NCBI RefSeq assembly: GCF_025526975.1
Contig: NW_026515669.1
Location: forward strand, 1,984,001-2,048,000
Source of the DNA: Fimicolochytrium jonesii
Taxonomy: Eukaryota
Reading direction: 5' to 3'
DNA length: 64,000 nt
The position numbers and the translations under genes are program-made. The notes under the pieces were generated by a model that was not told where the DNA came from, ran no database searches, and was given only the letters and a program-made list of their open reading frames with translations. Below, one piece after another: positions 41,106 to 54,008 of this stretch. How positions within the stretch are numbered: the stretch's first letter is position 1; the number at the start of each line of letters is the position of its first letter.

Positions 41106-41491
41106 ATGGGTAGATGCCCTGCCTTTGGCACAATATCTCTTTTTGGGCAATATTCTTTCTGGGAGTGTATGGGGAAGAGGTAGGTGGTTGGGGCTCGTCA
41201 ATCGTCATCAGGGATCTCGGATCGTGAGAGGGATGACGCCGGTTTCGGGTTCGGGATTTTGTTGTGTATATGTGCGCATTAATGTGGGATGGGACACAAA
41301 TATCGCTGTGCGATGGTTGGTGCATAAATTCGATACAAATCCTCGTAGAGGTGTCGTTCAGAACTCCGACAGGGGTCTATACTGCACATGTCCTGCCCCA
41401 CCGTCGATAATTGTCTGTCTATCTGCTATATACTCTCCATTCCAAAACTGAGTCAATGAACATTCCGGCCCTCTCTTTCTTCACCCAACCA

Positions 41492-42026
41492 TCAATGCCC
41501 ACCCAACAGCGCCCTCATCTCCCTCTCCGTAAACACACCCCTCATCTTCTCGGGCGCCGTCAACTCCTCCTCCCTCCGCATATGCGGAAACACCAACGCC
41601 CTCAACCGCCCAACATCCGCTTCAAAAGCCTGCCAATCAAACCCCGCAGGATCCTCACCACCCGCACGCGCCACGACCCCGTTGAGGGAGTATATCAGCG
41701 AGTCGAGGTCGGCGTGGTCGGCTTCAAAGGCGGACATGTCGAATTTGGTGGCGAGGATGGGGAAGATTGCGCGGTCTTCGATCGTGTGGTGTGCTTCGAG
41801 GTTGGAGAGCACAGTGCGGGTGAGGGAGAGGAGACGGGGGAGGCGTTTGGGGCTGCGGGTACGGCATTCCTTTGGGGACGAGTAGAGGGAAGGTTAGAAT
41901 GGAGCTTGAGGGCACAACAGAAACACCGAAACGGGACAGTACTTTGAGCAGATTCAGGATGCCTTCCCTGTGGTGGTCGTGGAATGCCTTGAGGAGGGTT
42001 GACCACTTTACATATGGGTCTGACAT
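41492..42026 (-). CDS. Hemerythrin-like (HHE cation-binding) protein
   Basis: The ligand pattern FHDHHR...[12 protein letters not shown]...EADH...PHMRREE is present, with one intron. Confidence 0.82.
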
Positions 42027-42255
42027 TGCTCTCGGCGGGGGGTCATTAACGAGTTGGAGGGGAGGGGGGGAAATTTCACTGTTCTCACGCGTTGGAGACG
42101 GACCTGGTGGACGGGCTGGATGGACGGGACCTATAGGCGTGATCTTCAACAGCAACTCCCACAGCCAACACACTGATACCGAAAGCACCTCCCACTTGCA
42201 CCTCCCGTTCGCACGTCTGGATTCCATTCCATCAACCCGCAACCATAAATCTCCA

Positions 42256-43290
42256 ATGCCCGACACCCGCCGCATAGAGCGCGAAATCCGCCAAGTCCTC
42301 GCCGACAAAACCGCCAACGTCCATGTCGAGGTCCTGGGCGACGACCTCTGTACGTCGCATAACCCCACTTTCCCCATCCCCATCTCCACCACGTTAACCA
42401 ATGAATTCCCCCTACCCACAGGCCATCTCCGCGGCCGCCTCTCCGGCCCATCCGACACGCCGTATGCCGGCGGCACCTTCTTTGTGGATATCGTGCTACC
42501 GGGGAATTACCCGTTCGCGCCGCCGAAGATGAAGTTTGAAACGCGGATTTATCATCCGAATATCAGTTCGGTTACTGGGGCTATTTGTTTGTGAGTTTGA
42601 AGAAGGGGTGGTTGGGGTGGGGAAGGATAGGGGCTGGGGATTTGATGATGTGTTCGGATGGGGACCGGCTGTGAGAGTTGGAAGCGGGAACTTGTGGGCG
42701 GAAGGACTGACCTTGCTTGTTCCATAGGGATATCTTGAAAGATGAGTGGTCGCCAGTCCTGACGCTGAAAACCGTGGTATGTTCCCAATGGATAGAGATC
42801 CCTGGGAAGGATCCTCATCCTAACAAAACCCACGGTCTCTCATACACGCACAGCTCATATCATTGCAATCCCTCCTCTGCGACGCCGCGCCTGATAACCC
42901 GCAGGTCCATATTCCATCGGAAAGTTTCATCTCCTCACGCAGCATACTAATCCATCTCCCCTCTCCTATCCACAGGACGCCGAGGTAGCAAAACGCTACA
43001 TCTCCGACCGCGCGGGCTTCGACCGCACCGCCACCGACTGGACAAAACAGTACGCCATCACCGAAACCCACGCACCCTCCCAACCGCCGTCACATCCTAC
43101 ACCACCACCAAATCCAAAGCCGGAAAAGCAACCCCCACCACCCCCAGAGGAAGTAGGCCTGGACCGCGCCGCGATAGCGCGGATGACGGAGATGGGCTTC
43201 CCGAGGGCATTGGTGGTCAGGGCGTTGAGGCAGAGTGATGGGAATGAGGTTAGGGCGCTCGAGGCGGTTTTGGCGGATAATGTTTTATGA
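42256..43290 (+). CDS. UBC1: Ubiquitin-conjugating enzyme Ubc1/E2-25K with C-terminal UBA domain
   Basis: [49 protein letters not shown] and a C-terminal [11 protein letters not shown] motif. Confidence 0.94.
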
Positions 43291-43806
43291 GATGGCGTTG
43301 TGGGGGAGAAGTTGGTAGGATGATGCATGCAGGGAACTGGTTCGTGCCGCCAGTGACACGGACGCGGGCCTCGCCTACCCATGTCCCCTAATGCTACAGT
43401 AGACAAGACGATATAGACAGCCCGCTCAAGCAACAAACCCCCAATTTCACGGACCGGATGTCGATAATGCCGTCAGTCACGTTGTATATATATATAAAAG
43501 AAAAGAAAAGAAATGGTGTGTGTGGTGTGGAACAAAGTATGTGTATATGTGACGCCGTTGAGGTGGGTGTGCATAGGGGAGTATCTACAGATGTGGTGTA
43601 TTCTGCTCTGCGGTGATGTGTGCGTGCGGACTTTTGCATATCGCGGGGATGGGTTTGCCTTTAGAGACCTCGCTTCCAGCCCAGGGCATTGTGCCATCCC
43701 GAACACTCCAGAAGCAGGCATCCCCACTTTCTCGAGTCGGGTGCGTCCACTCTATCCCGACACTCCCCCATTTGATGGTGTACTGCCGATCTCAGCTTTG
43801 TGCCGT

Positions 43807-44555
43807 TTATACTTTGGGTGCGGGGAGACCGGGAATTTGCGGGGGAGCGCCTCCGGGGAGACCACCGAGGCCAGGTTGGACCATCTATTTGTGAAAGTAA
43901 CGAAAATAAGAAACAGTCCAAGTATGCCCCAAAAAACTGAAGCGGCCGATCAAAAAAACAAATATCCTGCTGGATCCTTAAAAACGCATACCTGCTGAGC
44001 CTGCTGCTGCTGCACCCTCATCTGCGCCTCCTGCTGAAACACAAACTGCTCCCTCTCCAACTCCAACGCCACAGGCAACCCCACAAGCATCACCGCCGTC
44101 GACACCACCCACGCCGCGCTGCCAACCCACTGCGCAGCTCCCCACGTCGCCTCAACCGCCCTGGTCACCGTCTTCACAACCCGGACCCGCGTGGTCGGGG
44201 GGATGACGTCCCGGAGCGCGGAGATGCGCTCCAGGAGGGATTCGCGGGCGAGATCTTCATCCTCCTCGAACTCGTCCTCGTCGTCGTCCTCGGTCGCATC
44301 CGAACCGTAATCGGATCCCAGAATGTCGCGGGCGCCGAGGGTGCGGACGACGACATTGCCGTCGTCGTCTTCGTCAACGTCGCCGAGTGAGTCGTCATCC
44401 TCGTACTGCGAGTCGCCGTCGTCTTCTTGGAGCGCGAGGAGGAGGGCGTCAGCCGCGGCAGCGTCCTGCTCGATCGCAGTGGCGGTGGCGGTTGGGTCGA
44501 CGACGATATCGGTTGTTTCGGTGATTGTGACTTCCATTTCGTTGAGTTCCACCAT
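43807..44555 (-). CDS. TOM22: Mitochondrial import receptor Tom22
   Basis: Acidic N-terminus, ESLLERISALRDVIPP and TM segment AAWVVSTAVMLVGLPVALELERE. A short last exon ends PAPKV*. Confidence 0.92.
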
Positions 44556-44831
44556 GTAATGTTAGGGGATGTGTTTGGTTGGGGTTGGGGGTGTGATGGA
44601 AGGTTGTTCTGTTTGGGCTTTTGCAGGTGGGCAGCGGGCGGAATATTCAATGCGTCGAGGCGAGGGAGAGGAATACAAATGGGGAGAACAGCACGTGATG
44701 TCCTCCGTGAGTCTCGCCCCGTTTTATTCCGGGCGAATATGCGCCGGCCCGCGATTCTGACAGTGCCCAGAAAAGCCGTCATTTTATGAGAAGGCCAAAT
44801 AAAGGAACACGCCGGATCTTCCAGGCACCTC

Positions 44832-44982
44832 CCAATCACACGCCTCCATGCAGAACAATCTGGCCAGGACATCTAACAGCCAGCCAATCACGCCCCTCTG
44901 TGTGGAATGTATTTCCAGCCAATCACGTACATCACAGTAGAAAATCTGGCCAATCGCACGCCTCCCAGCAGCACAATCTGGC
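44832..44982. promoter_or_regulatory. CCAAT-box cluster with an imperfect 33-bp direct repeat in the TOM22/NKAP divergent promoter
   Basis: CCAAT occurs at 44832, 44884, 44919 and 44950. The segments 44832-44864 and 44950-44982 are near-identical. Confidence 0.5.
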
Positions 44983-45085
44983 GTGGACTCCCAACCCAGT
45001 CATTTTGCAGCAAGCTTCCCTTCTTGACTGTCTTCAGAGCCTCACCTTCATACGCAAAGTTGGGATCTCCCCTCGTCTCCGCTGA

Positions 45086-46453
<1,368 letters not shown>

Positions 46454-47305
46454 GACTGCGTTGTGTTTCTGTGGATGTGATTGTAATAAAAATGTATATA
46501 CGCCGATACCTTGCCTACAAGTGATGCGCGGATAGGACTCAGGATGGGGTCTCTGCTCTTGGTGGAACGCTTGGTGGAATAACGTTTCAATATCTTATGC
46601 GATGGCGATGATTTTCGCATTTGCCTTTCTATGAACGGTTCTATGTTACGGTGATGGCTACTAAACATTACAACGCGCTGTTCTACGCTTTTGGGCTGCA
46701 CAACTTGCTGGCAGGTCGGCCAAGCTCCTTTCCTTAGTTGGTGGAGCTCCTTTCCCAACTGCCGAATCTTCTTTGTGTAAGTAGTGGCAGGCGCTCGCCT
46801 ACTGCAGAATGGATGTCGTTGTATCGGCCGCTAGTACGTTTCTTGCTCAATGAATCCGAAGGGTAATACGACCCTTGTTTCTTCTTCACATCACAGCCGC
46901 CGAATCTTCCGCCGAATCTTCATTGGTGTGCGACCCCTTTTTCTTCACATTCCTACGAATCCGAAGCTTCGTGGGTGTGCGACACGACCGTCTTGGATGA
47001 CATCCCATCTTCCTTGATGCCTTGAAAGCTGACTCTGAAACCCCGCGGGGGCCTCGGGACACCAGCTTCTTATATTCACGCTGCGTCCAGCCCCCCTTGT
47101 CTCTCGTCTCCACAAAATCCCTTGACGTTAGTATTCTTCCCCCAATTTCGCCCTCCACATCACACAATGCCACCTGCCTGCGGTCTCACATGGGCGGGAG
47201 CCATATTACCCCTTCCTTACCTGGTGGTGTTCAGGTAGGTAATATCGCAAGAAGGAGTAGGGTTGGGGTTAGGATCGGGGTTCGCCGTTAGGGTTGGCCA
47301 TAGAG

Positions 47306-47373
47306 CCTTCACGCTCGAACTTACGCCCTTCACGCTCGAACTTACAGCGTCACGCTCGTAGGGTTAGGGGTTA
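47306..47373. repeat. 21-bp tandem repeat (~2.6 copies) abutting telomere-like TAGGGTTAGGGGTTA
   Basis: CCTTCACGCTCGAACTTAC occurs at 47306 and 47327, with a partial TCACGCTCG at 47350, then TAGGGTTAGGGGTTA. Confidence 0.85.
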
Positions 47374-47976
47374 CATGTAAACGTCAAAGGAAGCTTGATC
47401 GATAATGGGCTGGAGATACGATGTATTGAGAAGAAGAAGACTAGTTACGTTCAAGAATCCCTGCCCACACTGCTTCCCACCCCCACCCACCACCCCCCCC
47501 TTTTCCCCCATTCCCCCAATCCCATAGACCGACCACTGCGTAAATCTAATCAATGCCCGTAGCGACGTCGAGGGCATCTCGACCGTGAGCTCATCGGCCG
47601 TAGAGCTCGTCGACCCACCCCCCCTCCCCCCCCGCCCGGTTCTCCCCGCCGCGACACCTTGAGTTTGGCGTACACCCGGCCCGTTGTTTCACACATGTTG
47701 TGTGGGGGGGGGGGTCGTCTTTGTCGTTGGGGGGGGGGGGGGGCTTTGTCGTTGGTAGAGCGGGGGGCTACGGACAGGTGCGGTCGACGTCGGAGTGACG
47801 CTTGGCTCTAAGGGGGGTGTGATGAGGGGAGTTCACAAAAGTTGAGGGGAGCGCAGCAAAACTGGGCAAAACGCGTATGACGTAAGCAATAGACGCGTCG
47901 TTTGCACTGCTTTCCAGACATCGTTTGCAGCTCAAGGTGATCTACAGAGAGCGGATCAAGTGTCTGTACAGCAAGC

Positions 47977-50900
47977 ATGTCCATCGTTACAGCTACAGGC
48001 AGGCTCTTGGTGCTGGCCCTCTTGCATGACTTTGTTGCGGTAGGAATTTGGAGTAGGTGTTTGAGGACCTGATGTTCATTCTATTCAATCACGGATATCC
48101 TTGTTCTCACAACTGCCTCGCAATTCAGATCGTCTCCACATTGGAAAGGATAAATCCATTTCCGACCTCTTCTCATACGCATATAGTGTCCCAGTTACTG
48201 ACTCGACGCTACGCCTCGGAAATGTCACCTGTACGCTGACCGTCGACAAGTCCCCTGGCAAGTATGTGCAGCCAGGGATTTGGAATGCCGCTGAAAAGGT
48301 AGTAAAATGCGTCATTCTGTCGACAACTGAGAGGTATGATATTATGCCTATTATCAGATTGTCATTTAAGCTAGTCGATGACCCACAGCTAGTCCGCTCC
48401 TGCCAGCGACACTCAACTTAACAACGGAAACGAACGTACCCGTAGGCCCCGGGGTGCCAGTGTGGTTCGGGAGCCCTACTCGCGGTAATTCGCACATTCT
48501 TCGTTCTCTTTGGCGCCATATCAATCCATTTGGGAAAGGCGGCACTGATCGCAATGCTTTCCAGTGACCAAGAACTGCAGTTATTCGTTAATTCAGCGGC
48601 TTTCCGGGCCCGATGGTAAGCTCGACTGTGGTGCCATGAAATATTTGATGACGGTCTCGATTTACCCGGAATAGAGTCCGTGGGGAAGCGCAAATCTACG
48701 CGATGATCAAAGCGTGCTAATTCGATATCTGTCTGTCTGCTTGCGCATCAGACATGTCAGATTTCTCGGTGATTACACCGAAAAGCGACACCACACCTTT
48801 CTGTACATCAACCGCAAACGCTCGGAATGCATATGCAGACAAAACAGCGTGGCCAGCCATTCAGCGATACTATTCAGCGAGCGACAATACTCTTTCTGCC
48901 AAAACCTCGAAGCGCTTCATGGACTGCTACAAGCTGTGTGGCCAGTCACGCTCCGGTACAGTAACCATGTGTCTTTCCCCTCAGAGACAGCGGGCAAAAA
49001 TCTCACGCGATAAACGCTTCTTGCTCTGAACTCATACCCAGTCACGAAATATCGGAAAAAGCGATGTAAATACTTTGCTCTAAATTTTCCGATTCCGTTC
49101 AAGACTGCAAAAGATGCTGGCAACTTGTATTCGGGTGGGTTGCTGATGTCTCTCGTTTCTCCAAGCGGTAATGTTCGTGCTAACCAGGACAAAAACAGGA
49201 TCTGTGGTTCCCACTCGGTCTGCCTTTACGTGGTCGCTCAACCAAGCCTGTGGGTTCAACACGACGGGCGCGAGGGTACCTGATTGTCTGAACCGACAAG
49301 CGGGCTATAAACTCTTGTCGACGCATTTCCTGCAAACTGTGACCAACCCACTGAATGTGACTCTGGATTATTTTGACGACGTTGACAATCCGACGTCGGT
49401 GTTCACCGAGTTTGCAGGGATGTACGCCATGGGCCTGTCCGGAAACGTCGACGTCTGGGTGGATCGAAACGTTACGGCCATCAGAACGGGAACGGCCTTT
49501 GCGAAGGCTTTAGAGGTGATTTTAAGAATCATGACTTCATGTGATGTATTTGGCTAACGGCCATAACTTTTCTCCGCAAAACAACCCAGGGCGTTCTCAT
49601 TTACAACACCGATGTATCAAGCGTCGATTTTCACGTCCAAAACTCAGCAGTGGCGACGGTCACGAACGAGTGTGTAAAATTCATGGCCGCGCTCGAGGAC
49701 TACCTTACAAAGACTGCCTCCAAATCATGTGGACCGGGACGTCGAACGCTTCCTTTCTTCCAATGCATTGTTGAACCTGACACCCCATCTGGGAAGAGCC
49801 GGAGAGACACTGCGGTCTCGCCGGTGCGCAACAGCGCACAGGCGGTTGCGAACGGGGCGGCAAACTACACATGTATGCATCCGTTACTTTGCCGCGGCGT
49901 TTTGCGGGCCTACGGAGGTCCTTCCCTCCCAACGATTTCTGAACTTACTCTTTCTGCATCTCATACACAGTGCCGGGAGGCATCGATAGCGATCCGGACG
50001 ATGTCGTTATTCAATCGATCAACGGGACCGTTCCAATTGGTGCCACCCGATCTGTGCAAAAGGCAATCAAGATCTTTCCTGATGAAGAAAGCTGCCTGGT
50101 GGGTGGATCGCTGCGCTTTAGAATTCCAGGAAGTATGTCGACAAGGAATTTTATGTTGCGAGAAATGTGTCTCGGCGAATTCGTCCGGAGTTTTGACATG
50201 TTTTCCCTTTGTCCCGTGTTCCCATGTTGCCGCCTCCTAGAAAATTTGACAAACTTGGAACAACTTGGGTTGACTCTCAACCGCAGCGACGTAAGCGTCG
50301 TGGCTGGATCGGCGCGTATAAGCATCATGGAAGTTCCTCTGCCCGGAGTTACTTTTGACGACCGCCCGGTTGGTCCGTATGAATACTCGACCGGGGAGGA
50401 TCCTGCCAGCATCGAGACGGATTTGTCGCCCGTGATTACTATCTCGGGGAACGAGTTTCTGGTGGATCTGCCCCTCACGCGGCCTTTTTTCGGTCCGACG
50501 CGGCTTGGTCTCACCTTCCGGGTCAGACGTAACCTTCGAAAAAGCAAGTACTTTTTCCCATGGACCTTCGAGCCGCTAGTGGTGGTATTCTCTAACCCCC
50601 AACTTACCGCCACCAGGTACAACGACTGGTCAAGCATCGGCAAACTCGGAGACCGGGGTCATCAACGTTAGGCTCGTTTTTCAGTGTGGAAGCTACGCGG
50701 GATTCCAAGTGGAAGGGAACTCGACGACAGCCGCAAATTTGAAAGCGCGGAATATCGATGCCCCCGGCAGTCCTGAATATCTCATCTCCGTTTTTCGACG
50801 AATAAGAGCGGTCGCGAACGGCCTGTATCCCAATCAACTCTCTTCCATACCTCTGCACGATGGTAGGCTCGGATTCACGTTGGCATGGTACAGTCAAGTC

Positions 50901-53747
50901 TGACTGGAATTGTGTTTCCATCTAACCTTCCTCTCGAAGTCCTTTCGTATAACGTCGAAGGCTTGCCTGAGAACGCAAAGAACCCGACCAAGGGGGAACA
51001 TCAGGTTTTCCTCGCTGGAAAATCGATACTCATGCTGATGCAGGAGAGCGGGAAAGATTCCCACGACCAATTCAAACTCTTCGGAAAGGCTATTTTCCCG
51101 AACCCACCTGCGGATGGTCAGGAGCACCCTTACGACTTCTGGCTAAAAACAGCTCACAGTGGAACAACGCAGCATGCCGTGGCTGTCAGGGCGGATCTCG
51201 GATTGAGTGTGGTCGCCGTCGATTTACCGAATAGTATTGGCAACCAGAGGCGTCCAAACACCGGGCGTTCAAATAGGCGTCCGCCGATAGAGCTATACAA
51301 CAAACCTCCTCCCAACAAGCCTGGCGCCTTCAAGATCACGTTCGAGGATGGTTCAAGGATCCACAGCTTCTGTGCTCTCTCAGTTCATTGGCAAACCAAC
51401 GAGAAGGAGGATACATGGCATGATCTGGAGTTTCAGATGGTCCTGCTCGCCGTTGAGCATCTGAGAGTGACCCAAGGTTGCACCACTCTTGTTGGTGGAG
51501 ATTTTAACTCGGATGCTCAAAATGTCCCGGTACGCAGTGCGCATCGCACCCCGGCCACGGCCACTTCAACCCTGCACCCCGTTTACCCCCATGACATTCC
51601 ACGCACTCACCCATCCCTACATTAATCTTGCAGAGCATCGACGCGGACGGCAACGTTGTCCAGGTGGACAAATTCAGGCAGCGATTTTTCAAAAATACTC
51701 AGAAGCAGATTGGCGTATTCAATTTCGCAACGCTTCCAGGTATTGCCAAACCCCCCACTGCCTCACAGTGGCGCAACGGAAAGATTTACGACTTCTTTTG
51801 GTGAGTCCCGGGAATGAACACCTGCAGTTCTCCTCGTCCGTCAGGCGTTTTCCGTCCCTTCTTGTGGTTGGCTTGTAACTCCGCACACGGCTTACACTCT
51901 GGTATGCAGGTTCCCGCACCTGCCAACAGTACCCGCCGTCAGCGTCATAACACCCGATAAAGTTTGCCTGAATCCGTGGGACGCGGCTGTTTGCAACGAC
52001 AGTCCAGATGGCGACTGGGCCACCTCCGTTTTCCTTAGGCATGCTGAGCTGGATCCCAGCATCCCCGGTTGCTCAACAAGGCGGAATGCGCGCCCAAGAA
52101 GATGCAGGTGGGACGCATGTTCGCTTTGCTCCCATGCCGAGGCCCACTATCATCGCACATATTACTCACCATTCTCAAAGTTCGAGATATACGAACCATT
52201 TCCCCGTCTATTTTACTCTCCGTTTATTCCGCGATCAAACGAAAGCGATTAGGATCGGGTCCTACAACCTGGTATGTGTCGGTACCATTTACAACACTTT
52301 CAAACACGCATATCTGACGGCACCCCGCACATTGCAGGAAACTAACGCTGCAGACGAAGCGGACGAAGCAGACGCAGCTCCGGTGGCTGATGATGGTGAT
52401 GCTGATATAGGACCCGGCATCAGCAGATACATACAAGGCGCAGCGATTGTTCACGCCATGGCTTTCCAGGAGATCAAAGCGCAACAGGTTCTTAATATTG
52501 AGGGAGGATTAGTGCCGCCCGCTCGGGTGGGATCGTCAATTCCAGCAGACCAAGTGCCGTTCGCTCCGGTGGGATCATCGTCAATTCGACCAGACGAACT
52601 ATTTCAGAAGAATCTTTACAACAAGCTAGGTTACGTGGAAGACGTCTATCTGGAAAAAGTGGACTGTCAAAGCTCTCGGTACTCAAAGACAGCAAAGGCT
52701 ACTCGGTCTGATGGGTCCGCCCAAAAAAAACAAAAAACTCGAGGCTCCTTTACCAAGTCGGTGATCTACTGCATGTATCGGGTCCATAGCCAGTCGGGCA
52801 ATAGCGTGTTGGGATATGTGGTCATTGGGAACGTTCACGATTTTAGCTCGGATCCGGTTTTGAGTTCCGGGGAACTTCTCGGAGATTTTGGGTCCGACAT
52901 GCAAAGCTTTTGTAACAGCCTGGCTGTCACCGGCGGTTATAAATGTGACTTTGCCGCAACGTCAACAGACCAGCCAATAGATAACACGAAGCGGATTCCG
53001 TTGGTCATTTTGGTGGGTTATCGATTGACTTCGATATGAGCGCCGCCCCGCCAAAACCGTCTAAACCGGACACTCCTTCCGATTTAGGGTGACTGGAATA
53101 ACGTCCGGCTGAGCAATGCGCTTGCCGCAGATCGAGACAGGAAGGCGGCGCTGCTTCGGGAGATGGCGCAAAATATGTACGTACCCTTTCTTCATATGCC
53201 AGAAACGTGTGCAGAAAGGAAGCCCACTGACGAACCGTGAGCTCTCGCTTGGTTTGCGATGCCATCATATCCTTTAGAGCCACTTCGATGCAATTCACAT
53301 GCCCTTCGTTGGGAGTGTTCATTCCGGACGACCTCGATGATTATGATGGAAACAACGACTGTGGAATTGGAGGAGAAACCAGACCTCAGTTTGCAACCTC
53401 AACTGCCGGTGCCTTATACGTGAGTTTGATTTGAGAGCCCCAGAGTGCAAGAAATCAAGCACAACGTCCTAATCTTTACGTTCACTTCCCACGCATCAAA
53501 GGACCTGCTATTCTTTTGCGGGAACGATTATACCCCGAGGGATGCAAACGATATCAGTGATGACTCCGTTGCAAAAGTCGTCACTGATTCCTCTATTGAC
53601 GAGTATATGTTCGGTTACCCGACACCCGCTAATCCGGATCTATGCACAAACGCCGGCAGTGGGGGCGAGTGCGCCAATACCGACATCCCATGCAGAGTTC
53701 TCCGCCTCTCAAAACATCTGCCTGTGGCTGCCGACTTGACAACTTGA
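47977..53747 (+). CDS. Multi-exon, probably secreted protein: ADP-ribosyl-cyclase-like segment, beta-rich linker and two tandem EEP (DNase I/CdtB-like) domains
   Basis: EEP1 has SYNV, LMQESG, SVH, GGDFN, IYDFF and TNHFPV. EEP2 has GSYNL, FQEI, NVH, IL|GDWN, LY|DLLF and SKHLPV. The N-terminus is hydrophobic and there are many NxS/T sequons. The 5' exons and the junction at 50811-50893 are uncertain. Confidence 0.72.
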
Positions 53748-54008
53748 CTCCAGCGAACGGCAGGTTTTATATTATTTATTTGTAAAGAGGACTCTGGTTT
53801 GCCGGCGCATTCAAAGGATTTTTCGCAACTAAACGACAACGTAATGGGGCAGATAGTACTTCTTCACCTGAAAATGCTATATGGTTCATCCCCTCCCCCA
53901 TCCCGCCTCAGTCGCTTTACGAAAGCGGCAGGCGACAACCAGCAAGAGGGTGCAAGGAGGGCACTTCAGTGCACTCGTGTCAGTATAACGATCTTTCCTC
54001 GCCTGGCC

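Noticed and set aside
52039..52180. Second GC-AG intron in the EEP gene
   Set aside because: A canonical GT donor at 52108 has the same phase and gives a typical 73-nt intron.
50935..53747. LINE retrotransposon (APE endonuclease)
   Set aside because: There are no reverse-transcriptase motifs, the region has many spliceosomal introns and two EEP copies, and it stops right after the second domain.
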